Notes: generated by a model not told the origin, from the letters alone. A DNA stretch of 64,000 nt from Anthoceros angustus (GCA_010909165.1 VJWM01000235.1:186001-250000), one strand, 5' to 3'; shown: positions 35,707 through 47,950, counted from the first letter of the stretch. A program made the numbers and translations.

Positions 35707-36397
35707 CTTCAAACAAAGCACGCACCTTCAATCGAGGGGAAGACTTGGGTCTCGCAACTGCGAGGCTTGGAGTTGAGAGTAGTCACGCCGTCAGTACCAC
35801 ATCGAGGCTCACATGTATGTATGAATACGCCAAGAAATCAGACAGACAAATGTATATGTCCGCCAAACAAAGAGTGCATAGTGTCTTCGCATACGCGTAA
35901 CTTCATCCATCGCTGCCTTCAGCGCCGCCTCCGCCTTTATCACCCGGCTTGTGCTTGGTTAGCCGCCACACCCTATGCTGGCCATCCGTCACCCTATGGC
36001 GCCGCCATCGCGCCATGATCGATCCGTTGGGCCACGCCGTGTGTGGGCACGGCCACCACGCTTACTCCGCTGTTGACTATTAGGTTCTTACCTACTCGGG
36101 CCACCGCATAGTGGTTGGGTTTATCCTAATCGACTACCAAATATATATGTAGACACATGCATGGGTTTTGGGCGTGATTGTAACTCTCACTATCGCCTTC
36201 TAAAGTATTCGTGCTATCACCCATATCCGATCTTCCTACCCGAGCGTGCCGCCGTGATGTCACCCAGGATTTGAGAGCCGCATGTGAAGGTGCTCCAATT
36301 CGATCTGACCTTCCCTTCCTTACCTGGCACATTCAGTTGGACTGCAAAAAAAACAGCAAGTATAAGGGCACACGGTATGTTAGATTATTGGCATCCA
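35707..36397 (-). repeat. 3' LTR of the Gypsy element (an extra partial copy of its right end lies at 35550-35706)
   Basis: Colinear with 43197-43735 (TTCAATCGAGGGGAAG..ATCCGATCTTCCTACCCGAGC). It begins TGGATGCC on the minus strand immediately after the PPT. Confidence 0.8.
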
Positions 36398-36410
36398 TCT
36401 CCCCCCCCCC
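36398..36410 (-). promoter_or_regulatory. Polypurine tract (GGGGGGGGGGAGA) before the 3' LTR
   Basis: Plus strand TCTCCCCCCCCCC directly adjacent to the LTR boundary TCCA. Confidence 0.8.
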
Positions 36411-36504
36411 AGTTTGGGCAGAGGTTGGCAAGCCCAAGCTGGTAGCAACGATGTAGCAGCTGTTGTTGTGGGTGGAGAACTGCGGTTAGCAACCGTACGC
36501 CTCT

Positions 36505-36645
36505 CGCAGGAATTACGGGCGAACGGGGCACCATAGTTGATCTGGCACTTCGGTGAGAGGTGGTGTGAGATGAACAAGTGATAACCCCTGCTGTAAACCG
36601 ACAGAGCATGAGCATGCGTCCACCCTCCCCGCAGATTTGAGTAGT
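36505..36645 (-). CDS. PHD finger at the end of the Gypsy pol
   Basis: Across small frameshifts the minus strand reads QICGEGGRMLMLC..RGYHLF.LTPPLTEVPDQLWCPV, matching the PHD pattern CxxC..LLCDxC..YHxxCLxPPL..VP...W.CPxC. Confidence 0.75.
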
Positions 36646-37129
36646 CCGTGGGATCCAATCTCACGATGATGTTAGATCCAAGTTGGGCAATTCTTCATGT
36701 GATCGGTCATGGTCCTCCCATCTCGACCTGCACAAGAAAACGCCATTCCCCGCATCTCCTTCACCCGGAGCACATGTCCGGCGGTGCTAGTATCCAAGGT
36801 ATCATCAAGATATACAAAAATCCCGGAGAACTTCTTGAGCCGAAGCTTCCTCGTGGGCATCGTAAGGTATCTTTGGTCCGGGCGATGGCAGACGCATATG
36901 GCCATGGCCATCGCTTTTTGAAGAGGGCTGCCTTTCGCCTACACGCCCATGTGGCTGGACCGCCCAAGTCCACAACACGGTGCATTTGTCGGGCAATGGC
37001 AGATGGGTTCTCTTCAAACAACAGGAAATATGGCGAGAAATGGGCCGCATGCTTGCTCGCGATATAGCCCATAGCAATATAAGGGAGGCCAAGTCCCAAT
37101 CCGCCTTTGGGCATTTGGAGGCATAGCAT

Positions 37130-37620
37130 GGAGCCCTTTCTTAATTGTTTGCACCATCCGCCGCCATACCGCCCGAGGATGGTCCGGTTCGGCGTGATCT
37201 ATCGGCGCATCCAGAGATCTTGGAATTCCCAGCGGAACTCACCTTGACCTGCTGGGCACTCAAGCACCGCCAAATCTCCCAACACATTATGCAAGAATGC
37301 TTGTGCTACGGAACTCTTATCGGGAGAGCCACTACCTCCACCCACTTGGAGAAGTGTTCCATCATCACCATCACATACACGCTTGGCCTCGGCGTCCCTT
37401 CCCAATCAGTCACATGACCACCGAAAAATAGGCCCATAATGGGCAACGGTGCAAACCGGGATGCTTTGAATGGTGAATGATGTCTTACCCGATCGCATTG
37501 TTCATGCCACTTTGCTTCACTTGGGTACATCCGTGCGAGAAGTGGAGTGAGCAAACCGAAGTTCGCTTAACACCAAAATGGCCCAAGTACACAGATAAGG
37601 CGCCTGCGTGGTGGAGGCAC
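37130..37620 (-). CDS. Gypsy integrase (zinc-binding and core fragments)
   Basis: LGHFGVKRT, PLPIMGLF, YVMVMMEHFSKWVEVVALP, QAFLHNVLGDL..QGEFRWEFQDL. Confidence 0.85.
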
Positions 37621-37949
37621 AAGCCGGCCCACGCCATTGCCCAACCTCCGACAAGGTAGCCATCATGCCGGGCGGCGTCGGTTCATCTGCGATCCGCACA
37701 TCAAGATCAACCTCGCTCGTTTGCACATACCGAGGGTAAGGCCGGTCTTCCATGTCCTTGACGAGTTTGCCGCATCCACTGCAACCCGCCCTAGCATGTC
37801 ATGCGGGCCACCGGCAACTGTGAAAGCCTCATAGCTCCCGCTTTGCCTCCGTGCTATCCTCGTAGAGCTCTCATCCGGGTTCCCGGATAGGGTATCTGCG
37901 TTCTGATGCCTGACTCCGGGCCGATGCACCACCACGAACTCGTAGTCTT

Positions 37950-39100
37950 GCAAAATCGCCACGGCGGTTTCCCACTTAGCTTTGAGTTGGCCATTAACCA
38001 CTTCAAAGGCTGGTGATCCGTGACTAGGGTGACTGGTGAAAGGTGGTCAAAATGGCAAAATGGCAACCGCTCATACCGGGCTGCACACTCGCCTTCAGCC
38101 TGCTTGTTGCTTGTTGAAGCATAGCTATGACTCTCTCATGCCCATGCTCATCCAATTGGCCAAAGCTCCCAAGCACTCCAAATGGTATGGACAACAAAGG
38201 GTTTCCCAAAGTCCGGTCCGCCATGATCGTGCCTGCGGTGATGTGACTCATCACCGCTGAGCGACTTGTCCATGCCCATGTAGTGTCCTTATCATGTCAT
38301 TGAGTGGCTTGGCAGCTGAAGTTCGGATATACACCGATAATAGTTGCACAAGGGAACGCCTCACACCGAGACATTGGTGGGTTCCTTGACCCGCAAGATG
38401 GCTTGAATCTTGGCTGCATGTGGCATCATGCCATTCGGGACAATCCTATGACCCAAATATGCCACAGTGTTCATCCCAAATTCGCACTTTGCTGGGTGAC
38501 AAGTCAATTGGGCCTTGCGTAGGCGTTGGAACAGGTCCTCAAGGTGGACCAAGTGTGATTCGAAGTCTGCACTGTGCACAAGCACATCGTCTATGTAACA
38601 AAGTAGATTAGCAGACCCGGTCAACAATAGGTCCATCACCTGAATGCGTTCCTGAACCCAAAAGGCATCACTAGCCATTCCACCGTGAGAACCGTGGAAT
38701 CTTTTGATGTCCTCCTCTGCTACTGCACGTTGAAACCTTGTCTCAAGTCCAACGTAGAAAAGTAACGGGACTGCCCAATGCTGACAAAAATCTCCTCTGG
38801 AGTTGGCATGGGGTAACGGTCTTGAGCGGTGACGGCATTGATGGGGCGATAATCCCCGCACATCCTCTTCTCAGTCCACAGCCCCTGGTTGTCTTTCTTT
38901 GGTGGCATGATCGTGGCAGCGGCGAAATCCGAACTTGACGGTCGGATGAGTCCAGCATCCAAGAGCTCCTTGCACGCGTCGACCATTTCCCATTCCGATT
39001 TTTCGAGCGGTACTGCTTTGGTAGATGGGCTCCTCCTGGTCGCTTGATACGAAATGTGGTCACGCACCGCTTGAGCTCCTTCATTGAAAATGCAAAACAA
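37950..39100 (-). CDS. Gypsy reverse transcriptase and RNase H
   Basis: ELLDAGLIRPSSSDFAAATIMPPKKDNQGLWTEKRMCGDYRPINAVTAQDRYPMPTPEEIF..FSTLDLRQGF; LLCYIDDVLVHS..LTCHPAKCEFG..YLGH; LVTDHQPLKWLM. Confidence 0.95.
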
Positions 39101-39389
39101 TCCTTGTACCTAAGCAATAATGTCCGATCCGCCACGCTGGTCATCAAGGCTCAGTCCCATGGTCCAAAGGAACGTGTCCGCCAAAGGTGGCCGGTGCCCT
39201 CCATCCGTCCCGGCATCCTCAAGGGTTGATGTAAAGAAAAGTAGACCTCGACCGCCTGCCACCATACGGCTCGCCTCCTCCCTGGATCGAGCCGGAAGGA
39301 TGAGGTGGTAAATCCGGGAAAGGGAAAGTGTACCGCATCACAAGGCATGTGCCGTGAGCGAATCTTTGCTTGGACTGCTAAGATCTGGA

Positions 39390-40260
39390 ATGCCAAACAC
39401 AAGCTAACCAACCATGTGACGTTGAGGTCCATGGCTCGCCAAGTGCCGCATATTAGAAGCGGCCATGTGGAGTGAGTTTGGAAACCCATTAGCCTTTTTT
39501 CTTCCACGCAGGCTCCTCCCATTGTTGTGTGGTTGTATTTAGGAGCAATCCAAAGACCTTGTCCCCTGTAAGCATGTGAAGCGGGAAAAGTGACCATGTT
39601 GGGAGAGTGCTTCGGTGCCCAGGAATGTTGGGGTACCAGGCCTTCGGCAGCCCGGCTTGGTGGTGAGGTTCCACTGCAAGGCCAACGCCGGGGTGTTGCT
39701 AAGCACTATCTCCAGACCGCCTTGCACCCAATTTGTCCAATAGTTGCTGCAGCGGTGAGCGCCCACAGGCCGCATCCATGAGGAAGGGGGTCCTGTGATG
39801 TTGCACGAGCATCATGTCTTGTTTCACCCGGGCCCGTGAGTCAAATCGAGGTGTGTTTTCCACAGGTATGCACAATGAGGGCTATTGCTGCGCCACACCA
39901 AGATTCGTAAGTCTCGAAAAGCCCCGTGGTCTTGCAGCGTGCCCGGCCTGAGAAAACCTTGCACTCCCATCCAGAATGACCAAGTCAATGGGAGCCAATG
40001 CATGGATGTGACGCCTGGATGTATGTAGACATCCTGTGGCATGCGAAGGTACTTGCCATCAGAAATGGGCAAATGACTAGGAAAGCAGTAGCCCTTGGAT
40101 GCGAAAAGCAGCCAATGTTTGGGAGATCTCACAGTTGTCACAGTAAATGTACCGGTGGATAGTGAGCCCGGCCTTGAGAATCGCTTCTAGGCCTGTGCAT
40201 AACCCACCAAAGAGTTCAACCACCGTCATTCCTGCTACAGGCAGTGTCCACCTGATGGGT
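39390..40260 (-). CDS. DNMT3-like C5-cytosine DNA methyltransferase domain within the Gypsy pol (between protease and RT)
   Basis: Motif I VVELFGGLCTGLEAILKAGLTIHRYIYCD (about 40230); motif IV IDLVI-GWEC-QGF-QAG (about 39990-39945, needs three 1-nt insertions); motif VI AYL-ENTP (about 39860); motif VIII MDAA..AHRCSNYWTN (about 39780-39730; DNMT3A has IDAKEVSAAHRARYFWGN); motifs IX/X EEKRLMGFQTHST..RAMDLNV (about 39500-39420; DNMT3A has ERVFGFPVHYT..LGRSWSV). Confidence 0.88.
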
Positions 40261-40595
40261 TGATGATCAACAGTGCCTGGGTGAGCAGGGTCGGTGTAGG
40301 TGCTGTCCAGCAGAGTCAGAGCACGGGCCACTTGATCCTTGACCCCTTTCAACATGATAGTTGCATCTTTTCCCGCCGAAACAACCTGCACGGCATCTGT
40401 GATACATGCTATTGCCGCCCATGCTTCATTAGGCTCATCCTCGAGCTCGGTTGACAACCATCTGTCCACGTGAGTGGTGTCCCTTGCCATCGCCGGTGTC
40501 GCAGCAGCTTTGTTGTCGGATGTGGCGATAGCCAATTTCGCTCCTCATCATTCCTTCCATGGGGAAAAGTGGGCCACCTCTCGCCCTCCACGCTG

Positions 40596-40961
40596 CTAAC
40601 TGGCGGTAGGCCTGCTGGCCCAATTGTCGACATCGACCGGGCGGAAGAGAAATTCTTGCCCCAACAGAACATCATAATTGGTAGCAGTGGTCACTAAACA
40701 ATGGACAGCTAATGTCATGGCCGCGGGCGTCCCTGGTTTCAATGTGATGCGCACCGGTTTGACAGTTTCCCCACATACTGGCTCTATGGCCCCTGATGCA
40801 GTCCGGATGTTCCATGGGGAGCTCTTAAGAGCATCTCCCGCCAGACGAAGCCGTGCGGCCAGCACCTTGCCGATGATGACGGGCTGGGCCCCAGTGTCAA
40901 GGAGTACCATTTTGGGGGCATACCCGTTGACGGTGACGTGCCCTGCAGTATTGTCAACCAT
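40596..40961 (-). CDS. Retroviral-type aspartic protease
   Basis: VTVNGYAPKMVLLDTGAQPVIIG..YDVLLGQEFL. Confidence 0.9.
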   Translation of the reverse strand: MVDNTAGHVTVNGYAPKMVLLDTGAQPVIIGKVLAARLRLAGDALKSSPWNIRTASGAIEPVCGETVKPVRITLKPGTPAAMTLAVHCLVTTATNYDVLLGQEFLFRPVDVDNWASRPTAS

Positions 40962-41049
40962 GGCATTGCTAACCCGAACTGTCGCCCGGTTTGCCAGGGT
41001 GCTATCCGGGCTGCTCTCGTGATCCGGCTCGTTGAGTGGCAGCCTTGCC

Positions 41050-42521
41050 GAGCCCCCAGCAGAACCTCATGAGGTACTTGGTGGGTAACACCGCATGGGT
41101 GGGTAAAGGTTGGTCACCCCAATCACGCCATTGCGCCCGACCGCGCTCCAGATTCGATGCAAACGCCCAGCCCCTATGCATCGAGGGAAAGCGTGGCATG
41201 TCTACCCTTGGCTCGGGTGACGGTGCGGTAGCAAATATATCGCCGAATCCCTCCGCTTTGCGTCATGGCGCACGCATTCGTGTCCGGGTCACCTAGATGA
41301 TCTTGTCTCTTGTGCACCCAGTGGCAATGTGGCAAAAGACTGGGAATGGCCGCCCCTCGTCTTATGGACCGATTAGCCATCACCACCCTCCAACCGCCTT
41401 TTTCAGCTCATGCCCCAACCACGGCGGTAGTCCGAGTCTCACTTGTCAACAACTTGTGTCTGCAAGCTTGGTGTGTGGCAATCCATAATCTTCCTCCCCA
41501 GACACGAACATAGACTGGTGCCACCGGCTCGTTGGATAATCGGAGCGTAGGTAGGCATACCATTGCCCATGTTGGCCACCAATGCCCCTACTGGTGGTGA
41601 GGGCAAGCGGCTTCTAAGGAGACCTTGTCAAGATACCGCGCCTTTGCCTTGGCTTTATCCTGCACTGCCTCGGAAGTGCCACAGGCTTGTGGTGCCGGTC
41701 ATACTCCCAAAGATCAGTGGTTCGCCCGTGGCTCCCTGGTATCTCGGGTGCCGAAGCACCGTAACATGCCCCGACTGGCGGCGTGCAGAGCCCCTCGTGT
41801 GGGCACTTACATGGTGAGGTGCTCCGCCACAATGATTGCACAGTGGGGCCACCGTGGCTGATTGCTGGCCGAGCCGGTTTGGCTGCGACTCTTGGGGCTA
41901 CTCACTCGATGTTCCCTTACTTGAGAACATGCTCGATAGTGTGAAGGCCGAGTGCTGGATGCATAATCGAGAATGCTATCTCCTTCCGCCTCGCCTCCTC
42001 GTGAACTGCTCCGGTACGAGTCCCCATACTTATCCACCAATGAGGTGATGAGTTGAAAATGGAACAAAGGGTCACCCTCTAAAGTGAGAAACTTCTCACC
42101 GCCTCTTGATCCGTTAGCATCCTCGCTCCCTCCCCGCATCGCAATGCGGAAAGTCATTTGCACCGCTTTCCCTTCTGCGCAAAGGCTGCCACCCCGCAAT
42201 CTTCTCCGCTTTTGAGAGGAAGGCCTCCAATATCCCCATGAATGCCTCCACTGGGTTGGCGTGATTTGGGGTATAGATGAACTCACTCACACTGGTGGTC
42301 GCCACCCGCCCACCGCTGCTCACAACCGTCTGCACGGTGGAAGCAATTGTCCCAGCTGCTATTCCAGCTTGATGCGTGTTGATCGCAGTCGCCAACTTGG
42401 CGTTAGGCCTGCGGGCACTCGGAAAAGTGGGTTTTGGAGTCCGGATCGCTGGTGAGGTCGCAAAGTGAGCCTCATACAAGTCGAGCTTCATCCGCCATGG
42501 AACCGCCAACCGCTCAAACAT
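41050..42521 (-). CDS. Gypsy gag region (fragmented)
   Basis: Fragmented ORFs 42114..42521 and 41807..42286 lie between the 5' LTR and the protease, with a possible Cys/His knuckle remnant near 41.3 kb. Assigned mainly by position. Confidence 0.55.
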
Positions 42522-43196
42522 ATATAGGAGGTATAAGATGATCCGTGTTTGAATTTCACACGATCATCATGCCATTCACGAACAACCTAAAGTCCCTCAA
42601 TGTCGAGTTCCGTGTCGCCCAGAACTTCTCCCGCCAGGGTGGCCCTCCCTCCATGATATCGACTCTCGACGGCCGATCTGTGTCTCGACCTAATTGCAAG
42701 CTCCTAGGTCCATGCACCCATGCGATTGTATGAACCGCCACTTGTTGGGTCACGGGTCTTGATTAGACCAGGCGGTTGTGAGGTGACCAACTATCCTCAC
42801 CGTAGGTGTGTCACGCAAACCCTCCTGCTCCTCCTCGCCACTTCCTCACTCAGAAACCGCCGTCACCGCCCACCTCCTCCGTGAGCACGCTCGACGAGCC
42901 CTAACGGGGATGTCTCTTGTCCTCAGCCGGTATCGAAGCTCCGGCTCATCAGATTGCATCACCCATGGAATCAAGCGTGGAAAGAGGTCAGTTTCTCAAA
43001 TAGCGCTGTGAGTAAAACAACTAGCAAGTACCCGCTTGCAACCACCCGAGCTGGCGAGGCTATGTATGCCTCCAAATGCCGAACTTGATGCAACACTGAT
43101 CACTTCAATCGTGATGATACGGCTAGCTGCAGCTGAGAAGCCCTTCCGGCCGCCACCACCTCCACTCACATGTGGAGAAGATCAAGACAGCTTGAT

Positions 43197-43735
43197 GAAG
43201 TAACAAATTCGCCGCACCCTTCAATCGAGGGGAAGCACTTGGGTCTCGAACTTGCGAGGCTTGGAGTTGAGAGTAGTCACGCCCGCCCCGCAGTACCACA
43301 TCGAGGCTCACACATGTATGTATGAATACGCAAGAAATCGACACGTATATGCACAAACAAAGAGTGCATAGTGTCTTCCGTGCATACGCGTAACTCAATC
43401 AACGTCTTCAGCGCCGCCCGCCTTATCACCGGGTTTGTGCGCTTGGTTAGTCCCCTGCCGGCCATCCGTCACCCTATGGCCGCCATCGCGCCATGATCGA
43501 TCCGGGCCACGCGCCGTGTGGCACGGCCCGCCACCACGTTCGTTACTGGGCCGTTGACTATTAGGGTTCTTACGCATCATAGGGCCAGGCATAGTGGTTG
43601 GGTTTATCCTAATCCACCGCTAAATATATATATGTAGACACATGCATGGGTTTTGGGCGTGATTGTAACTCTCACTATCGCCTTCTAAAGTATTCATGCT
43701 ATCACCCATATCCGATCTTCCTACCCGAGCCGCAT
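43197..43735 (-). repeat. 5' LTR of the Gypsy element (right end truncated)
   Basis: Matches about 35710-36245 and lacks the last about 150 bp present in the other LTR. Confidence 0.75.
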
Positions 43736-43736
43736 G

Positions 43737-43971
43737 TCAAGTGGTTGCATTGAGTTCCACAAGGTTGAAGACCACGATTGGCGAGCTTTTAGATGAGGGT
43801 CAGCAAACCCTAAATGTTGTGTGGCAGTCGACACCGTCCGAAGCTCAGCTTAAGAATTATACTTATGAATACGAGCAAGCATTGGAGGAGAATGACAGCT
43901 TTGACGTAGAGAGTATGGACCGCCTTCGGAATTTGGTGGTGGTCCTTGACTCGATCGGCAAGAAGGCATAG
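43737..43971 (+). pseudogene. Diverged paralog of the C-terminus of the ParB-methyltransferase gene
   Basis: QVVALSSTRLKTTIGELLDEGQQTL..ENDSFDVESMDRLRNLVVVLD versus QVVALSVKRLKTTTGELMDDG(M)QTL..EN..FD..EMERMRNLVLVVD at 12206-12410 and 13860-14050. Confidence 0.75.
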
Positions 43972-43974
43972 GCA

Positions 43975-45340
43975 AAGTCGCTCCGCACTCTTGAATGACT
44001 ATTGTCGATGCTGATGACCACTTCCTCCTTTAGCAGTTGTTCATAGAAAGAGCGGACAAATGGAATAAGACTTGCCAGCTGCCCGCCCGCATCCTTGAGT
44101 TCTGTGAAAATAGCCGTCCTAGATAATGTTGCAAGCGTTCGAAATGTCCACCTATAGGGCGACCCAATCCGAATGAGACTCCCCAACCGCCTCGACTTCA
44201 AAGGACGTCAACTCACAGCCCCCCGAAGTGGCAATCCCAAATTGATGGGGGCAAAGGTGCACCTGGAATTGCTCCTGGACTTGAATGGCAATGCTGTGGC
44301 TTATGAAGCACAAGAACGCCTCCCTAACGGCGATAGGGCACACCCTAGGCGTTGGCTTCTCCATAGCCAGTAAGCTCTTGGTACCCAACACTTGGGAGAT
44401 CTGGTGGGGGGTCTCTCCCCTGGCCACAGCTGCCAATAGAATGGAAAGCTCCAAAAACCACTAGAAAGATCCTCGGGAGCAAAATAATCCCGAAGGTGGT
44501 CGTAGACTATTCTGAGATCCAAGAAAGCCGAGGCGGGTGGCCCTCAAAGACCGCCATACTGCCAGACAAAAAGGCTCCTTCACGAATATGTGATATCCTG
44601 TTGAATGAAATTCTTGCGAGGAGGCGTGGTCTCCGGAGGTTGGCGCCATCGGTTCTGGGCGAAGAGCCCGGGCAGCCCTGGCGTATTCCCTAGCACGGCC
44701 CAACATGCGGCACTTCTTAAGACGCGCCTTGGCGGGGTCCGGACGGACCCGACCCACTTTAGTCAAATCCAGCCTGAACCTCGCCGCACGCCCCCCTTCC
44801 TCATGCAAAGCCCCCCAGTCCTCAACCCGGAACTAACGGAGACGGAGGTGGCTGTCCGTCTTTCTAGGCACAAGGATATCCCTGTGCCCTGAATGACCAC
44901 CCCTAGAGCGGCGAAGACACCACTGAGAGAGAAAGAAGAACAAAGTCCAGGCCACCTCGTCCCCAGGGTCGAGCGCGAGGCGCTCCATGGGAAGCTAGTA
45001 GGCAAAGCGAACGTCGCCATGAAGGCGCCTCGGGAGACGCCGAAAAAGGTGGGGTCCTGAAAACACATTTCGTACAAGACGAGCAGGTGATCTGACTGCA
45101 AGTGCAACCATTGCCAGGACTCTTGAGGTGGCCCAAGGGGAGTAGCCAAACGCGAAGTTGGGTGGGCAACCGCGCTGGAAAAAGCAAGCCTCACATGAGC
45201 CTCCCATGTACTACGATCGAAGTCTTTGTAATTGTGCCCAATGTGACATTTCACCCCTTTAATCGCACAGCAAAGCTGAGGGCAGACTAGACAGGGAGTA
45301 TCCTTGATTGTCCCTGAAAAAGTGGATTGCACCATTGGGA
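43975..45340 (-). mobile_element. CRE-like non-LTR retrotransposon, 5' part (zinc finger and start of RT), 3'-truncated
   Basis: N-terminal CLVCPQLCCAIKGVKCHIGHNYK, then LLAMEKPTPRVCPIAVREAF..HLCPHQFGIATSGGCE..HSDWVAL-QVDISNA..SRTAIFTEL..LIPFVRSFY, i.e. RT subdomains of the RPIAVGE / QFGV..GGCE / D..NAFN type. Confidence 0.7.
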
Positions 45341-45629
45341 AGAGCCCAGAAACAATCAATAGTAGGCAGATGTAAAATTGCTTATGACAGGCAGTAGACA
45401 CTACTAGGGAGAGGGGTATTTTACAAAACCCCTTTTGCAAATCTCCCAATCTTTACAACGTCTAAAAACATCCGTTGTAAATTGATTTATAAAACTCGAT
45501 TTACAACATGGGTTTCTAGTTGGATGATGTGGCACTCTTTTGGGTGCTCATTTACAACAACGGATTGATGACGTGGCTCCCGCATTGTAGATTACGTTGT
45601 AGAAGCCTTTTTTTTTTTAAATTTGATCT

Positions 45630-46270
<641 letters not shown>

Positions 46271-46599
46271 ATGTGAGGCGGGAAGGGGTATTTTAAATTT
46301 GGTAGGGGTTATTCTATGGGGGCATGATGAACGCGTCCATTCAAGAGTACGGAGGCGTGCTAGTCGGCAGCTTGCACTCCATTAATCCCAGCCCTTACAC
46401 ACAGTCTGACATGGAAAGAGAAAAAGTCGGGAAGGGGGGGAAGGGGGGTGCTAGTGCTCTAATACTAGTCCGTCGCGGTCCTTAGCATTTTCTTAAGTGT
46501 TCTTATTGTTAGCAGGTACCACCTCTACGCCTAAGCAGCAAGCGCACCGCCGATGGTACAGTATAAGCCCACCTTTGCGTGCCATTGTATGTCAGACCA

Positions 46600-46990
46600 T
46601 TGTCGGCATTGGCGCCTTTGTCGCGTTAGGCGCCATTGTTAGTTAATTGGCGCCATTGTTAGGCGTTAATTGGGCGCCATTGTTAGGCGTTAATTGGCGC
46701 CATTGTTGGGCATAGGCGCCATTGTTGTATTGGGCGCCATTGTTACGTTAATGGCGCCATTGTTGGGCGTTAATGGGCGCCATTGTTGAACTGGGCGCCA
46801 TTGTTGAATCGGGCGCCATTGTTAGTATTAATCTGGCGCATTGTTAGGCATTAAGCGTTGTTAGGCGTTGATTGGGCGCCATTGTTAGGCGTTGATTGGG
46901 TGCCATTGTTAGGCGTTGATTGGGCGCCATTGTTGGGCGTTGGGCGCCATTGTTAGGCGTTAACTGGGCGCCATTGTTCGGCGTTAATTG
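46600..46990. repeat. About 22-24 bp tandem array (GGCGCCATTGTTAGGCGTTAATTG)
   Basis: More than a dozen imperfect head-to-tail units. Confidence 0.9.
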
Positions 46991-47589
46991 GGAGAATCAT
47001 CAAATCCAGGAGAATATCTAGTAGGAGGATCATCACAACCTTCAAGTGCAAGTGCATTCTATAATGCACCACCTTGTAAAGATCGTGCGAACTTTACAAG
47101 GCGTCGACGGATTATGTTACAATATATATTGCCTTCATTTATCCTAATTTTAAGATATTATGTGTGCATTATTTTATATAAATGTGGTCCCTAATTACGG
47201 GCCTAATTTAGTTAAAATAATATGTATATATACTGCCCAAAAATTAGGATTTAAATGGAATGGATATAATGTAATTATATTATTAAATTTATATATTTAT
47301 AATATTAATATATACTTATTTAGTTAATTCAATCATTATTTTTTTAATATGATCATATATTGAATAAATACTCATATATTGTATGATATATGTGTATAAT
47401 TTGATCTTCATATATTATACCATATAGTATACCTTATGTCAGTACCTGTATGTATGAAAAAGAGATGTATACTATTTTTGTAGAATACATATATATTTAA
47501 ATGTATAAACAACGTTGTAAATCATTGAGACGTGAATTTTCCAAGTTGTAATCTACCTTGTGGATTGTGTTGTAAAACTAGTGATTCAC

Positions 47590-47950
47590 GAATTGTTTTG
47601 TTGTAAATAAGGTTGTAAATGAGGTTGTAAACGACCTTGTAAACGATGTTGCAAACGACCTTGTAAACGACATTGTAAACGACATTGTAAACGACCTTGT
47701 AAACGACCTTGTAAACGACATTGTAAACGACCTTGTAAACGACATTGTAAACGACCTTGTAAACGACCTTGTAAACGACCTTGTAAATGACGTTGTAACG
47801 GATGTTGTAAACGACGTTGTAAATGACGTTATAACGGATGTTGTAAACGATGTTGTAAACGAGGTTGTAAATGACATCGTAAAGTAAGGGTATAAATGAG
47901 GTTGTAAATGAGGTTGTAACGTATATTGTAAAATACGTTGTAAATAGACC
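47590..47950. repeat. 12-bp tandem array ((C/G/A)TTGTAAACGAC)
   Basis: Directly visible; it produces the low-complexity ORFs 47522..47953 and 47578..47877. Confidence 0.92.

Larger units (their letters stand above)
35550..43735 (-). mobile_element. Ty3/Gypsy LTR retrotransposon carrying a DNMT3-like methyltransferase and a C-terminal PHD finger
   Basis: Paired LTR-like sequences, a PPT, and the ordered domains gag, protease, DNMT, RT, RNaseH, integrase and PHD on the minus strand (see sub-features). Confidence 0.92.

Noticed and set aside
43000-43200. Primer-binding site of the DNMT-Gypsy
   Set aside because: No TGG-initiated tRNA-complementary sequence was found next to the inferred 5' LTR end, so none is annotated.
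46600-46990. 24-bp palindrome-containing array as CRISPR or iterons
   Set aside because: No unique spacers and no rep or cas gene; this is a degenerate tandem repeat.
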